Source of the DNA: an uncultured virus (IMG/VR IMGVR_UViG_3300034375_006485)
Taxonomy: Duplodnaviria; Heunggongvirae; Uroviricota; Caudoviricetes
Reading direction: 5' to 3' (one strand)
Length of the DNA stretch: 64,000 bases
IMG/VR virus record: IMGVR_UViG_3300034375_006485
The translations under genes were made by a program, and so were the position numbers. This document shows positions 1 through 8,034 of the stretch, piece by piece. The number at the start of each line of letters is the position of its first letter. The stretch's first letter is position 1. The notes below the pieces were generated by a model, which worked only from the letters and a program-made list of their open reading frames with translations, ran no database searches and was not told the origin of the DNA.

Positions 1-183
1 ATTGGAAATAGTCAGTTCACCAGTAACTTCACATGTAGTAACGTTACCAGCGAAGATCCATCCTCGGTCAATCACCACAACGGCACGATTGCCAACTGGA
101 GTACTACTAATTCCAACTGAATCAGCAGGGACATAGGTAATACCATTCACTTCAATGGAACCAAGGTTAGCAGAGATAGACAT
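1..183 (-). CDS. Hypothetical early protein, runs off the window edge (MSISANLGSIEVNGITYVP...)
   Basis: Hand translation from ATG at 183 is open to position 1; sigma70-type promoter directly upstream. Confidence 0.7.
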   Translation of the reverse strand, partial: MSISANLGSIEVNGITYVPADSVGISSTPVGNRAVVVIDRGWIFAGNVTTCEVTGELTISN

Positions 184-210
184 AATGTTTGTTTGGTTGT
201 TTACTTTATA

Positions 211-267
211 AGTATAGGATGAAATGGCGAGACCGTCAAGGAGTGCTGTGACAGTTGTGGAAGTGGT
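211..267 (-). promoter_or_regulatory. Early sigma70-type promoter (TTGACG-17-TATACT) with upstream motif ACCACTTCCnnAACTGTC
   Basis: -35 at 234-239, -10 at 211-216, motif at 250-267 also present at 953-970. Confidence 0.75.
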
Positions 268-528
268 TTACTCTCCCCCAAAATGACTTGTTGGTTTTCC
301 ATCTGGATCACGGGATACACTTTCAACCCACTCCTTACCATCATATACTACAGGAAAATAAACTCTCGTTTTAGTCCATAGAGTAAATGGTTTTCCTTCA
401 CTACCACCGTAACCATCATCAAACTGTTCACAAAGTTCTTCTTCGGTGAGAGTGCATGAAACAACACTATCCCATGAATCATCACGGTTATTCATTTCTT
501 GTGTGATAAGAGATTTCCAATCAGTCAT
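268..528 (-). CDS. Hypothetical phage protein
   Basis: 86-aa ORF with AAGGAG RBS upstream. Confidence 0.75.
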   Translation of the reverse strand: MTDWKSLITQEMNNRDDSWDSVVSCTLTEEELCEQFDDGYGGSEGKPFTLWTKTRVYFPVVYDGKEWVESVSRDPDGKPTSHFGGE

Positions 529-564
529 CTGTCAACTCCTTAGTCCTTTGTGTGTATGAAGTCA

Positions 565-891
565 TTAGAGTGCCTCCACATCATAAGAAAGTTCTTTGAT
601 TTCTTCTACATTCAAAATTTTAGTATAACCAGAAGGATAATCATTCATACCAGCATCAAAGATAAACACAGGAATGTTTCGTTCTTTACAGAGTTCTTTG
701 AACTTTTCTTCGTCAAGTTCAAACTTACCAACATACTTAACATTTGGATACCTGTCCCAAGATGTTACAAGTCCTCCTGGATAATAACTCCACTCAAACT
801 TATCAAGTTCTTGAATGATGTTTTCTGCCTCTTGAATATGCTCTGGATTAGTGTAGATGCGTCCGTATCCTTTGTAAGTGAAGGCAGTCAT
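565..891 (-). CDS. Hypothetical early phage protein
   Basis: 108-aa ORF directly downstream of the promoter at 915-943. Confidence 0.75.
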   Translation of the reverse strand: MTAFTYKGYGRIYTNPEHIQEAENIIQELDKFEWSYYPGGLVTSWDRYPNVKYVGKFELDEEKFKELCKERNIPVFIFDAGMNDYPSGYTKILNVEEIKELSYDVEAL

Positions 892-914
892 TTCAGTTCT
901 TTGTGTATGAGAGT

Positions 915-970
915 ATTATACAATAAAAAACCACCCCTGTGAAGAGGTGGTAGACAGTTTAGGAAGTGGT
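915..970 (-). promoter_or_regulatory. Early sigma70-type promoter (TTCACA-17-TATAAT) with the same upstream motif, overlapping a terminator-like hairpin (CCACCTC..GGGGTGG-TTTTTT)
   Basis: -35 at 938-943, -10 at 915-920, motif at 953-970. Confidence 0.7.
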
Positions 971-1003
971 CAGCAATATTGATTGTTTCAAACAGAGACC
1001 TTA

Positions 1004-1150
1004 TCATTGCTCTTTCAACTCTGGATTATTGGGGCAGTTTGCCTCATGCTTTTCTAACCAAGTTGTAGGTCTCCAATGACCCTTGGGGGGAGTGACGCCA
1101 CAGTGCTTACATTTGAATTCGTCACCCTCCCACATTTTCACCTCAGCCAT
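1004..1150 (-). CDS. 48-aa protein with a CxxC-x17-H-x3-C zinc-finger-like motif (not in ORF track)
   Basis: Hand translation MAEVKMWEGDEFKCKHCGVTPPKGHWRPTTWLEKHEANCPNNPELKEQ; overlaps the stop of the upstream gene. Confidence 0.65.
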   Translation of the reverse strand: MAEVKMWEGDEFKCKHCGVTPPKGHWRPTTWLEKHEANCPNNPELKEQ

Positions 1151-1682
1151 AATGGTATGCTCCTTTAGTTGTTTTCTCAGGAAGTTTGCCGCTTCTTATC
1201 TTGGTGCCAGATGTTTCACCGTAACCTTTGGGATGCTTGCCCGCTTTAGTCTTACCGAGTGAATCAGACTTTGCCTTACTACCTTTCTCAGTATAGTGCA
1301 GTTTTGCTGATTTGTCAGCATCTTTGGTGATAACAGATTCTTGACCATGCTTACGACCAAGGCGACGCATTACCTTCCCGAAACGACGCTTGGACATCTT
1401 ATCGGGTTTAGAAGTTTGGTATGAAACCTCACGACCAGTTTCGCCGCTACCATACTTATACTCGCCCACACCTTTCTTGTGACCGATACCGTGCTTCTTA
1501 AGGTCCTTCTCAAGACCCTTACGCTTCCCACGGTTTGCCTTCTCATTATTGCCACGGTCAGCAGAGATGTGACCAGTAACTTGAGTATTAGACTTCTGCA
1601 TCATGCGACCAGTGCGGTTGCCTTCTGCGATGAAATCCTGAACATTATTACATTCAATCATAAATTGTTGAAATGTCTTCAT
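1143..1682 (-). CDS. Basic late protein with a T4 internal-protein-like N-terminus; possible T3 SAMase/SAM-lyase-like fold
   Basis: MKTFQQFMIE..DFIAE leader; ISAxR, GxY, RE, GQESV motifs; TATAAATA upstream. The CDS is secure, the function tentative. Confidence 0.55.
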   Translation of the reverse strand: MKTFQQFMIECNNVQDFIAEGNRTGRMMQKSNTQVTGHISADRGNNEKANRGKRKGLEKDLKKHGIGHKKGVGEYKYGSGETGREVSYQTSKPDKMSKRRFGKVMRRLGRKHGQESVITKDADKSAKLHYTEKGSKAKSDSLGKTKAGKHPKGYGETSGTKIRSGKLPEKTTKGAYHYG

Positions 1683-1704
1683 TGTATCTCTAAATGCTTC
1701 TTAC

Positions 1705-1712
1705 TATTTATA
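1705..1712 (-). promoter_or_regulatory. T4-type late promoter TATAAATA
   Basis: Exact gp55 consensus upstream of the ATG at 1682. Confidence 0.7.
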
Positions 1713-1723
1713 TTTTATGACAT

Positions 1724-1749
1724 AAAAAAAGAGACCCGAAGGTCTCTTT
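1724..1749 (-). terminator. Intrinsic terminator after psbA with a UUCG loop
   Basis: AAAGAGACC-TTCG-GGTCTCTTT followed by a T-run. Confidence 0.9.
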
Positions 1750-1773
1750 CCTGTTTATTCAGTTTTTACTTTA

Positions 1774-2853
1774 TCAACCAACGGTTGGTGCGGTAAGTGC
1801 AACTTCTGTAGTTTTAGCAGTAGCTAAATCCAATGGAAAATTGTGGGCATTCCTTTCATGGGACACCTCTAAACCCAGACCAGCACGGTTGAGAATGTCT
1901 GCCCAAGAGTTGATTACACGACCTTGATGGTCAAGAATACTCTGGTTAAAATTCCATCCATTCAAGTTGAATGCCATCGTAGAAACACCAAGTGCGGTGA
2001 ACCAGATACCAACAACAGGCCATGCAGCAAGGAAGAAGTGGAGTGAACGGGAGTTGTTGAATGAAGCGTATTGGAAGATCAAACGACCAAAGTAGCCATG
2101 GGCTGCAATGATGTTATAGGTCTCTTCTTCTTGTCCGAACTTGTATCCGTAGTTCTGGGATTCTGTTTCAGTTGTCTCTCTTACGAGTGAAGAAGTAACA
2201 AGTGAACCATGCATCGCTGAGAACAATGAACCACCGAAGACACCTGCGACTCCCAACATGTGGAAGGGGTGCATAAGGATATTGTGTTCTGCCTGGAATA
2301 CAAGCATATAGTTAAAAGTACCAGAGATACCCAAAGGCATCGCATCAGAGAATGAACCTTGACCGAAAGGATAGACGAGGAATACTGCACTCGCAGCAGC
2401 GACTGGAGCAGAATATGCTACACAGATCCATGGACGCATACCTAAACGGTATGAGAGTTCCCATTCACGTCCCATGTAAGCATAGATGCCGATGAGGAAG
2501 TGAAAGACTACCAGTTGGAAAGGACCACCATTATACAACCACTCATCGAGTGATGCTGCTTCCCAGATTGGGTAGAAGTGGAGACCGATTGCGTTTGAAC
2601 TTGGGACAACTGCACCAGAGATGATGTTGTTGCCATACATGAGTGAACCTGCTACGGGTTCACGAATACCGTCAATATCGACGGGTGGTGCTGCAATGAA
2701 TGCAATAATGAAGCAGGTAGTTGCTGCTAACAGTGTTGGGATCATCAGAACACCGAACCAACCAACATACAAACGGTTGTTAGTTGATGTCACCCACTCA
2801 CAGAAATTCTGCCATGGGGATGTAGATTGTTGCCTTGAAAGAGTTGTAGCCAT
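1774..2853 (-). CDS. psbA: Photosystem II D1 protein
   Basis: Unmistakable D1 sequence ([37 protein letters not shown]); start most likely ATG 2853 (MATTLSR); no intron. Confidence 0.99.
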   Translation of the reverse strand: MATTLSRQQSTSPWQNFCEWVTSTNNRLYVGWFGVLMIPTLLAATTCFIIAFIAAPPVDIDGIREPVAGSLMYGNNIISGAVVPSSNAIGLHFYPIWEAASLDEWLYNGGPFQLVVFHFLIGIYAYMGREWELSYRLGMRPWICVAYSAPVAAASAVFLVYPFGQGSFSDAMPLGISGTFNYMLVFQAEHNILMHPFHMLGVAGVFGGSLFSAMHGSLVTSSLVRETTETESQNYGYKFGQEEETYNIIAAHGYFGRLIFQYASFNNSRSLHFFLAAWPVVGIWFTALGVSTMAFNLNGWNFNQSILDHQGRVINSWADILNRAGLGLEVSHERNAHNFPLDLATAKTTEVALTAPTVG

Positions 2854-2859
2854 TGTTTT

Positions 2860-2965
2860 GAACAAAAAAGTAAGACCATCAGGGAATGGTGGAGTTACTA
2901 TTTCCCAGACACCCTAAGTCTGGGATATGAAAGACGTGTTTAGACACCCTAGAGGTCTTGGTTTA
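2860..2965 (-). ncRNA. Structured psbA 5' leader, PhotoRC-II-like cis-regulatory RNA
   Basis: Two TAGGGTGTCT copies, hairpins TCCCAGAC..GTCTGGGA and ACCAT..ATGGT just upstream of psbA, where PhotoRC-II is known in cyanophages; boundaries approximate. Confidence 0.6.
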
Positions 2966-3016
2966 CGGGGTGTTACAGACAGTTAAGAAATGTGTTGATT
3001 CCTTAACTTGCTGATG

Positions 3017-3050
3017 TATTTATCATACCACTGTCATGAAATCCTGTCAA
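3017..3050 (-). promoter_or_regulatory. psbA composite promoter: TTGACA-17-TATGAT overlapping late ATAAATA
   Basis: -35 at 3045-3050, -10 at 3022-3027, ATAAATA at 3017-3023. Confidence 0.75.
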
Positions 3051-3095
3051 TAGGTGTTTTCTCCTATACCAAAATTTATAAATAAGGACTGAAAA

Positions 3096-3392
3096 TTACC
3101 AAGTAGTAGTATCCCACTTAACCCTTTCCCAAGTGTCAGTATCTACACAAACATAAAAATATATTCCATCTTTAGCAACTTCACCAATAGTTCCAGTGTC
3201 ATTAGATGATGATGGAACATTAGAAAATGTCAATTTATCTGAAACTTTACCGACAGGAACTATGCTCGCACCTTCACGAAGATAAATTATTTTGTCTGCA
3301 CTATTCACTGCCAACTCTCCATCGACAAGATTGCTAGTTGTTGGTATAGAAGATGCTACGCTAGATCTTTTTGGTTTTAGTATGTTTGCCAT
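3096..3392 (-). CDS. Small structural protein with an Mtd_N-like N-terminal domain
   Basis: KPKRSS..PT...L.DGELAVN.AD..IY motif; C-terminal YFYVCV.TDTW.R motif typical of fibre-associated proteins. Confidence 0.7.
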   Translation of the reverse strand: MANILKPKRSSVASSIPTTSNLVDGELAVNSADKIIYLREGASIVPVGKVSDKLTFSNVPSSSNDTGTIGEVAKDGIYFYVCVDTDTWERVKWDTTTW

Positions 3393-3412
3393 TATTAAAA
3401 GATAATATTTTT

Positions 3413-3649
3413 TCAGTTATAATCGATTACAGTATCAGTTTTTGATTCTGTCTTTTTAGTTCTTGTTGGTTTTGCAGTAGAAAGTTTTTGGTTTTCTGCT
3501 TCCAACTCTTTAGTTCTTTGTTCTAGTTTATTAATATAATCTGCAGAGGCATGAAGTTTTGCCTCTGCAGTAATCAGTTGATTTAAAAAATCATTGGTTC
3601 TCGCCTGATATGCTCTAATGATATCAGTGTACTCAACTTCAAAGTTCAT
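3413..3649 (-). CDS. Small coiled-coil protein, paralog of 36819..37106
   Basis: Y..I..YQ..T.....I..EAK pattern shared with the paralog; translationally coupled to the upstream fibre gene. Confidence 0.7.
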   Translation of the reverse strand: MNFEVEYTDIIRAYQARTNDFLNQLITAEAKLHASADYINKLEQRTKELEAENQKLSTAKPTRTKKTESKTDTVIDYN

Positions 3650-5175
3650 TAGCTATAAGTTCCTCCATCAAAAATAAGGTTCACTGCCTCTTTGGAACTA
3701 TTTATGACTTCATCTCCAGCAGTGATTCCACCAATGTAGAGTCCATTAGATGCCAATGGAGCAAATGATGTGATAGAAATTTGAGGATCGGCAGTTCCAG
3801 TATCTGAAGATTCAGAAATCTCAGAAGCAGCAACCATAAACTGATTATTCAACCATACAAGTGCCGACTTCTTAGCACTAGTTGCATGATAGTTGAATGC
3901 AATACCAGTATCCCATGTAGTAGCAGAACTTGGTGCTGCACCATTAACAAGACCGAGTTCGATTAATCTATCTTCAATTTTTGTGGTCTCTACACTGAAT
4001 GTTACTGCAGTACCAATAACTCGAAGATTACCAGAAACAGTCAGATCATTTCCAATAGTTACATCATTAGGAAGACCAATGGTTACAGTTCCATTTGATC
4101 TGGATACTTCTACTTCGTTTGTAGTTCCACTGACTGCAAGTACAGCACCATTAGCACTGTCTGCAAGAGTTACGTTACCAGAAGAAACAGAGAAATCACC
4201 AGAATCGAATGATGCAATACCTTTATTTGCATCAGTAGCGTCTTCGCCAGCAACAGTTACAGTAGTTCCAGTATGGGTAACATCCATACCTTCTCCACCA
4301 AGGATGCTAAGTCCATGGGAAGAAGGAGTCAGAGCACCACTATCAGTGGTTACGGTCTTGACAACTGTATCTACAAGTGTTACTGCACCAGAAGTTACAC
4401 CAAAGTCACCAGAATCGAATGATGCAATACCTTTATTTGCATCAGTAGCGTCTTCACCAGCTACAGTAATGGTTGTTCCAGTATGGGTAACATCCATACC
4501 CTCGCCACCCAGAACACTGAATCCATGTGAAGAAGGAGTCAGAGCACCACTGTCAGTGGTTACGGTCTTGACAACTGTATCTGCAAGAGATACATCACCT
4601 GAAGATACACTGAAGTCAGTAGTATCGGAGAATGATGCAATACCTTTATTTGCATCAGTAGCATCTTCGCCAGCAATAGTAATGGTGTTATCAGTTACTG
4701 TGGTGTCAATACCTTCACCACCAGTAAACGTAAGAGTATCAGTGAGAAGAGAAACTGAGTCATTAGTTCCACTATCTGCACCGACTGTCAGAGATGCAAC
4801 AGCATCAATGAATGAAAGATTACCTGATCCATCTGTTGCCAGAACCTGAGATGCAGATCCATCAGTTGCTGGAAGTGTGAGATCCAGATCAGATGCCATT
4901 GTAGCAGGAGCAATCAGACGAACTTTGTTAGTTCCGTTATCTGCATCCTCATAAAAATTAACAGCACCTGGACCAGCAGTCGTTGCTCTAGAAAGGATCT
5001 GAAGACTTGCTAAGAATGTTTCAGCATTGGCAATAGATGTTCCAGCACCTGTACCATTGGCACCGCTATCGCCGACATATAGTGATTTATCAGATAAATC
5101 TAATACTGGTTCTCCCTCATAAAAAATACTTCCAGGGACTCCTGTACCTCTTTTGAGTTGTAATCTATTTGCCAT
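3649..5175 (-). CDS. Tail fibre-like structural protein with ~70-aa tandem repeats
   Basis: Mtd_N-like start, G/T/S/D-rich, repeats of GGEGMDVTHTGT..AGEDATDANKGIASF; ends in FDGGTYS; late promoter at 5209-5216. Confidence 0.8.
   Translation of the reverse strand: MANRLQLKRGTGVPGSIFYEGEPVLDLSDKSLYVGDSGANGTGAGTSIANAETFLASLQILSRATTAGPGAVNFYEDADNGTNKVRLIAPATMASDLDLTLPATDGSASQVLATDGSGNLSFIDAVASLTVGADSGTNDSVSLLTDTLTFTGGEGIDTTVTDNTITIAGEDATDANKGIASFSDTTDFSVSSGDVSLADTVVKTVTTDSGALTPSSHGFSVLGGEGMDVTHTGTTITVAGEDATDANKGIASFDSGDFGVTSGAVTLVDTVVKTVTTDSGALTPSSHGLSILGGEGMDVTHTGTTVTVAGEDATDANKGIASFDSGDFSVSSGNVTLADSANGAVLAVSGTTNEVEVSRSNGTVTIGLPNDVTIGNDLTVSGNLRVIGTAVTFSVETTKIEDRLIELGLVNGAAPSSATTWDTGIAFNYHATSAKKSALVWLNNQFMVAASEISESSDTGTADPQISITSFAPLASNGLYIGGITAGDEVINSSKEAVNLIFDGGTYS
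4200..4720. repeat. Near-identical tandem coding repeats with a 210/213-bp period
   Basis: GAATGATGCAATACCTTTATTTGCATCAGTAGC recurs at ~4207, ~4417 and ~4630. Confidence 0.85.
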
Positions 5176-5217
5176 GGTAAAATAGTCTCTTATAAATTAT
5201 GTCTATCTTATTTATAC

Positions 5218-6903
5218 CTAGTTATAAGTTCCATAGTCGTCCATATTAGGATCTGGGTTAGCATCCGCATTAATGCCCATCGTAGATGGTGAAATAAATA
5301 CAAACTTTTCTGAAGATGCATTGTAAGCGATCATGTCTCCATCAGCCAATCCAGTTTCATCAACATCAAATAGACCCGTCAATTTTCCAGTAAAGTCTCC
5401 CGATCCACCAACAACAGTAGTAAACTCAAACTTACGAATAGCATGATTATATTTTAGATATTTACCATCGTATGCTTCTGGATTAGATGAAATGCCAACA
5501 ATATCATCCAAATATTTCAGTTGCGTTTCACCGCCACCTCCTAGTGTAGATATTTGTTGTTGAATCCTATTGATAAAAGTTCTGTAATGATCTTGCAGTT
5601 GCTTGAATGTTACGAACTCTTGGTTTAATGGAGTTAATGGATCACTATTTTTTGTCTCAGGAGGTTCAGCAAGCTCTTCATTTAGTGCCTCTTCTTGAGA
5701 CTTATTAAAGTACTCAAAAATTTCTTCTAAGTTTTTAATCTTTTCATTTAATATTTCATTATTTTTTTGATAATCATCTTGAAGTTTTTCAATCTGTTTT
5801 CCATCAGTTATTTTAATCAAAGAAACTTTTTTAAATAAATCATTAACATCAGATTGTAATGTACGGATTTCATCATCATAGTATTTTACTTCAGGCATAA
5901 CCTGAGGTTTTGGAATAGACTCTTTGATTTCTTTTAGTTTGAAATCTAAAGATTTTATTTCATCGTCATAGTATTTGGGTTCGGGTAAATCTAAAAGAGA
6001 AGATTTAAGATGACCAATCTTTTCTAACAACGACTTTATATCAGAATCATAGTACTTTACCTGAGGTAAAGTATCAATACTTTTCTTTAGATTTTCTATC
6101 TGGTTTTCAATGAGTTCGATCTCACCATCATAGTATCTTACTTCAGGTACTACAGGTATAGATTTTTTAACAGAATCAACTTTATCTTCAAGATAGGTTA
6201 TATCATCATCATAATATTTTATTTCAGGTACTACAGGAATACATTTATTAACTTCTTCAATCTTTTCTTCAATCTTAGTTAGTTGATAATCATAATACTT
6301 TACTTCTGGTAGATTTTCTACTTGACTCCTAACATCTTTTATACTGTTTAATAACTCATCAATCTGATCATCATAATATTTTACTTCTGGAACCTCTGGA
6401 ATAGATTTTTTTACTTCTATAATAATATTTTTAAGTTCTTTTAAATCATTATCATATCTAATAGGTTCTGGAACTTCTGGGATTTCTTTTCTAATATTTT
6501 CAATAGTTTCTTTTAAGTCACAAATATTTGTGTAGATATAAGTTGCATCAAACTTTTCTTCTTCATCAATTTCTTTTTTAAAGTTATCAATAGTTCTTTT
6601 TAAAAACTTTATTTCTTTACCATACTTTTTATCAGAATCAATACGTTCTTTTAAGTAATCTACATCACTGAGAAGCAGATTAAACTTTTCATCAAAATCT
6701 TCTTCTTGTGTTTCTTCTACATTTACAGTCTCTTGTATATTTTCTTCGACTATATTTTGTTCGCCAAATAATGTTCTAGGACTTACTATCCTCTTAGACA
6801 TCTGTTTGTCTCTAAGAGATTGTTCTTCTATTATTTTTTGTCTTTCCAATCTATCTAAAAGATCCTGCCCTTTTTGTTCGAATAATTCTTTTGGTGACTT
6901 CAT
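5218..6903 (-). CDS. Repeat-rich coiled-coil protein (about 8 PEVKYYD repeats), probably structural
   Basis: Start probably MKSPK at 6903; C-terminal STLGGGGE..L.YLDD motif and DDYGTY end. Confidence 0.75.
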   Translation of the reverse strand: MKSPKELFEQKGQDLLDRLERQKIIEEQSLRDKQMSKRIVSPRTLFGEQNIVEENIQETVNVEETQEEDFDEKFNLLLSDVDYLKERIDSDKKYGKEIKFLKRTIDNFKKEIDEEEKFDATYIYTNICDLKETIENIRKEIPEVPEPIRYDNDLKELKNIIIEVKKSIPEVPEVKYYDDQIDELLNSIKDVRSQVENLPEVKYYDYQLTKIEEKIEEVNKCIPVVPEIKYYDDDITYLEDKVDSVKKSIPVVPEVRYYDGEIELIENQIENLKKSIDTLPQVKYYDSDIKSLLEKIGHLKSSLLDLPEPKYYDDEIKSLDFKLKEIKESIPKPQVMPEVKYYDDEIRTLQSDVNDLFKKVSLIKITDGKQIEKLQDDYQKNNEILNEKIKNLEEIFEYFNKSQEEALNEELAEPPETKNSDPLTPLNQEFVTFKQLQDHYRTFINRIQQQISTLGGGGETQLKYLDDIVGISSNPEAYDGKYLKYNHAIRKFEFTTVVGGSGDFTGKLTGLFDVDETGLADGDMIAYNASSEKFVFISPSTMGINADANPDPNMDDYGTYN

Positions 6904-6922
6904 TTTTCTCACAGGTTTTTAA

Positions 6923-7165
6923 TCAAAAGGGAATTACACCACCAGTTTTGTTAGGAACCTCTGGTATTTCAGGCATTTCTGGGAGTGCTGCATCAATAAT
7001 ACCAGGCAGTGCTTCTGTAATTGCTTTTGTAACTTGCTCTGTTGCTTGCTTACGAATGTCTTCAATCATTGCATCCTTATTTGCATAAAGATAGTATCCA
7101 CCACCAACTACTGAGAGTGATACAAGTCCTGAAAGAAGTGCGATTGTGTTAATGACTTTTTGCAT
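6923..7165 (-). CDS. Small membrane-anchored cyanophage hypothetical protein
   Basis: N-terminal hydrophobic helix, Pro-rich tail. Confidence 0.75.
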   Translation of the reverse strand: MQKVINTIALLSGLVSLSVVGGGYYLYANKDAMIEDIRKQATEQVTKAITEALPGIIDAALPEMPEIPEVPNKTGGVIPF

Positions 7166-7407
7166 TACTTTTTCCTGTAAAATTTCTTTTCCATTACAGA
7201 ACGAAAATCATAATATCTTTGTCTACACTTATACCACTTCAGTTCTTTTATAATAGAGGGAGATTTCCAGATAGTGAGCAATAATCCAGATGTACTTAAA
7301 ATTAAGATTAAATGTAATGTGCCAAAATCACCTAAACATCCCTCAATAGGACCCATTCTAACATAACCATTACATTCTTGCTGCTGGATAATATTTTGCC
7401 CCATCAT
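7165..7407 (-). CDS. Hypothetical membrane protein
   Basis: 80-aa ORF with one TM segment, coupled to the downstream gene. Confidence 0.6.
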   Translation of the reverse strand: MMGQNIIQQQECNGYVRMGPIEGCLGDFGTLHLILILSTSGLLLTIWKSPSIIKELKWYKCRQRYYDFRSVMEKKFYRKK

Positions 7408-7410
7408 AAT

Positions 7411-7557
7411 TTATTCTACTAAAGTTCCATGCTGTCTGCGAATTTCTCTTAACTGCTCAAAATCTTTCACCTTTGTACCACCATCGACTACTCTATCTAT
7501 GCTGATCACTCGGAAGTTGTAACAACTCTTCCGACTCGGTGGTGTCATCACCCCCAT
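7411..7557 (-). pseudogene. Internally deleted thermonuclease (SNase)-like gene; 48-aa in-frame fusion of the N- and C-termini
   Basis: MGVMTPPSRKSCYNFRVISIDRVVDG joined directly to GTKVKDFEQLREIRRQHGTLVE, recognised as the two ends of a ~150-aa cyanophage nuclease. Confidence 0.7.
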
Positions 7558-7693
7558 CTTCTAACTCCTGATATGCTAATGACATTAATGTATATATGTA
7601 ATAACCTACTCCAAACAACAATATCAATAATGATATAATAACACTCCAAGTAGGATTATTAATATCAGATAGAGGACGAAGTAGTAAGTTCAT
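7493..7693 (-). CDS. Small membrane hypothetical protein
   Basis: 66-aa ORF with one TM helix. Confidence 0.7.
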   Translation of the reverse strand: MNLLLRPLSDINNPTWSVIISLLILLFGVGYYIYTLMSLAYQELEDGGDDTTESEELLQLPSDQHR

Positions 7694-7695
7694 TT

Positions 7696-8028
7696 TTATT
7701 TAGCACTTTCTTCTTCTTTTTTCCTAGAAGTTTCTACTGATTTGTTGTTACCATTACCATTACCATTACCATTACCATTAGACTTAGATGGAGTCACTCC
7801 AAAAGTAGCTAAAGTTCCAGTAAAAACACTAGCGATAAAAGTTGGATCAATTTTTTGCTGTGGTATACCTGGAATAGAAACATAGTTAAGTGTTAATATA
7901 GCACCAGTCCATCCTAAAACAACAAGTCGCACTAGACTTGATATACCTTCTTCTCTCCAATCAAAATCATGATCATCTTCACCATCTTTTCTTTTTTTGG
8001 GAAGCATGGACTTTAATAGTGATTTCAT
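7696..8028 (-). CDS. Two-TM hypothetical protein with an (NG)n tail
   Basis: DPTFIASVFTGTLATFGV motif; late promoter ATAAATA at 8032-8038. Confidence 0.75.
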   Translation of the reverse strand: MKSLLKSMLPKKRKDGEDDHDFDWREEGISSLVRLVVLGWTGAILTLNYVSIPGIPQQKIDPTFIASVFTGTLATFGVTPSKSNGNGNGNGNGNNKSVETSRKKEEESAK

Positions 8029-8034
8029 ATCTAT

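Noticed and set aside
550..942. 130-aa plus-strand ORF and other short plus-strand ORFs throughout the window
   Set aside because: They overlap better-supported minus-strand genes, and the promoters and terminators found all point to the minus strand
1774..2853. Group I intron or homing endonuclease in or after psbA; adjacent psbD
   Set aside because: The ORF is continuous at full D1 length and is followed directly by a terminator; psbD is not in this window
2978..2995. Partial copy (GACAGTT) of the early-promoter motif near psbA
   Set aside because: Only one half matches, and it lies downstream rather than upstream of the promoter
3893..4849. 318-aa plus-strand ORF
   Set aside because: Antisense shadow of the repetitive fibre gene
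7751..7780. (CCATTA)5 microsatellite
   Set aside because: It simply encodes an in-frame NG linker; a 6-bp unit cannot phase-shift the frame
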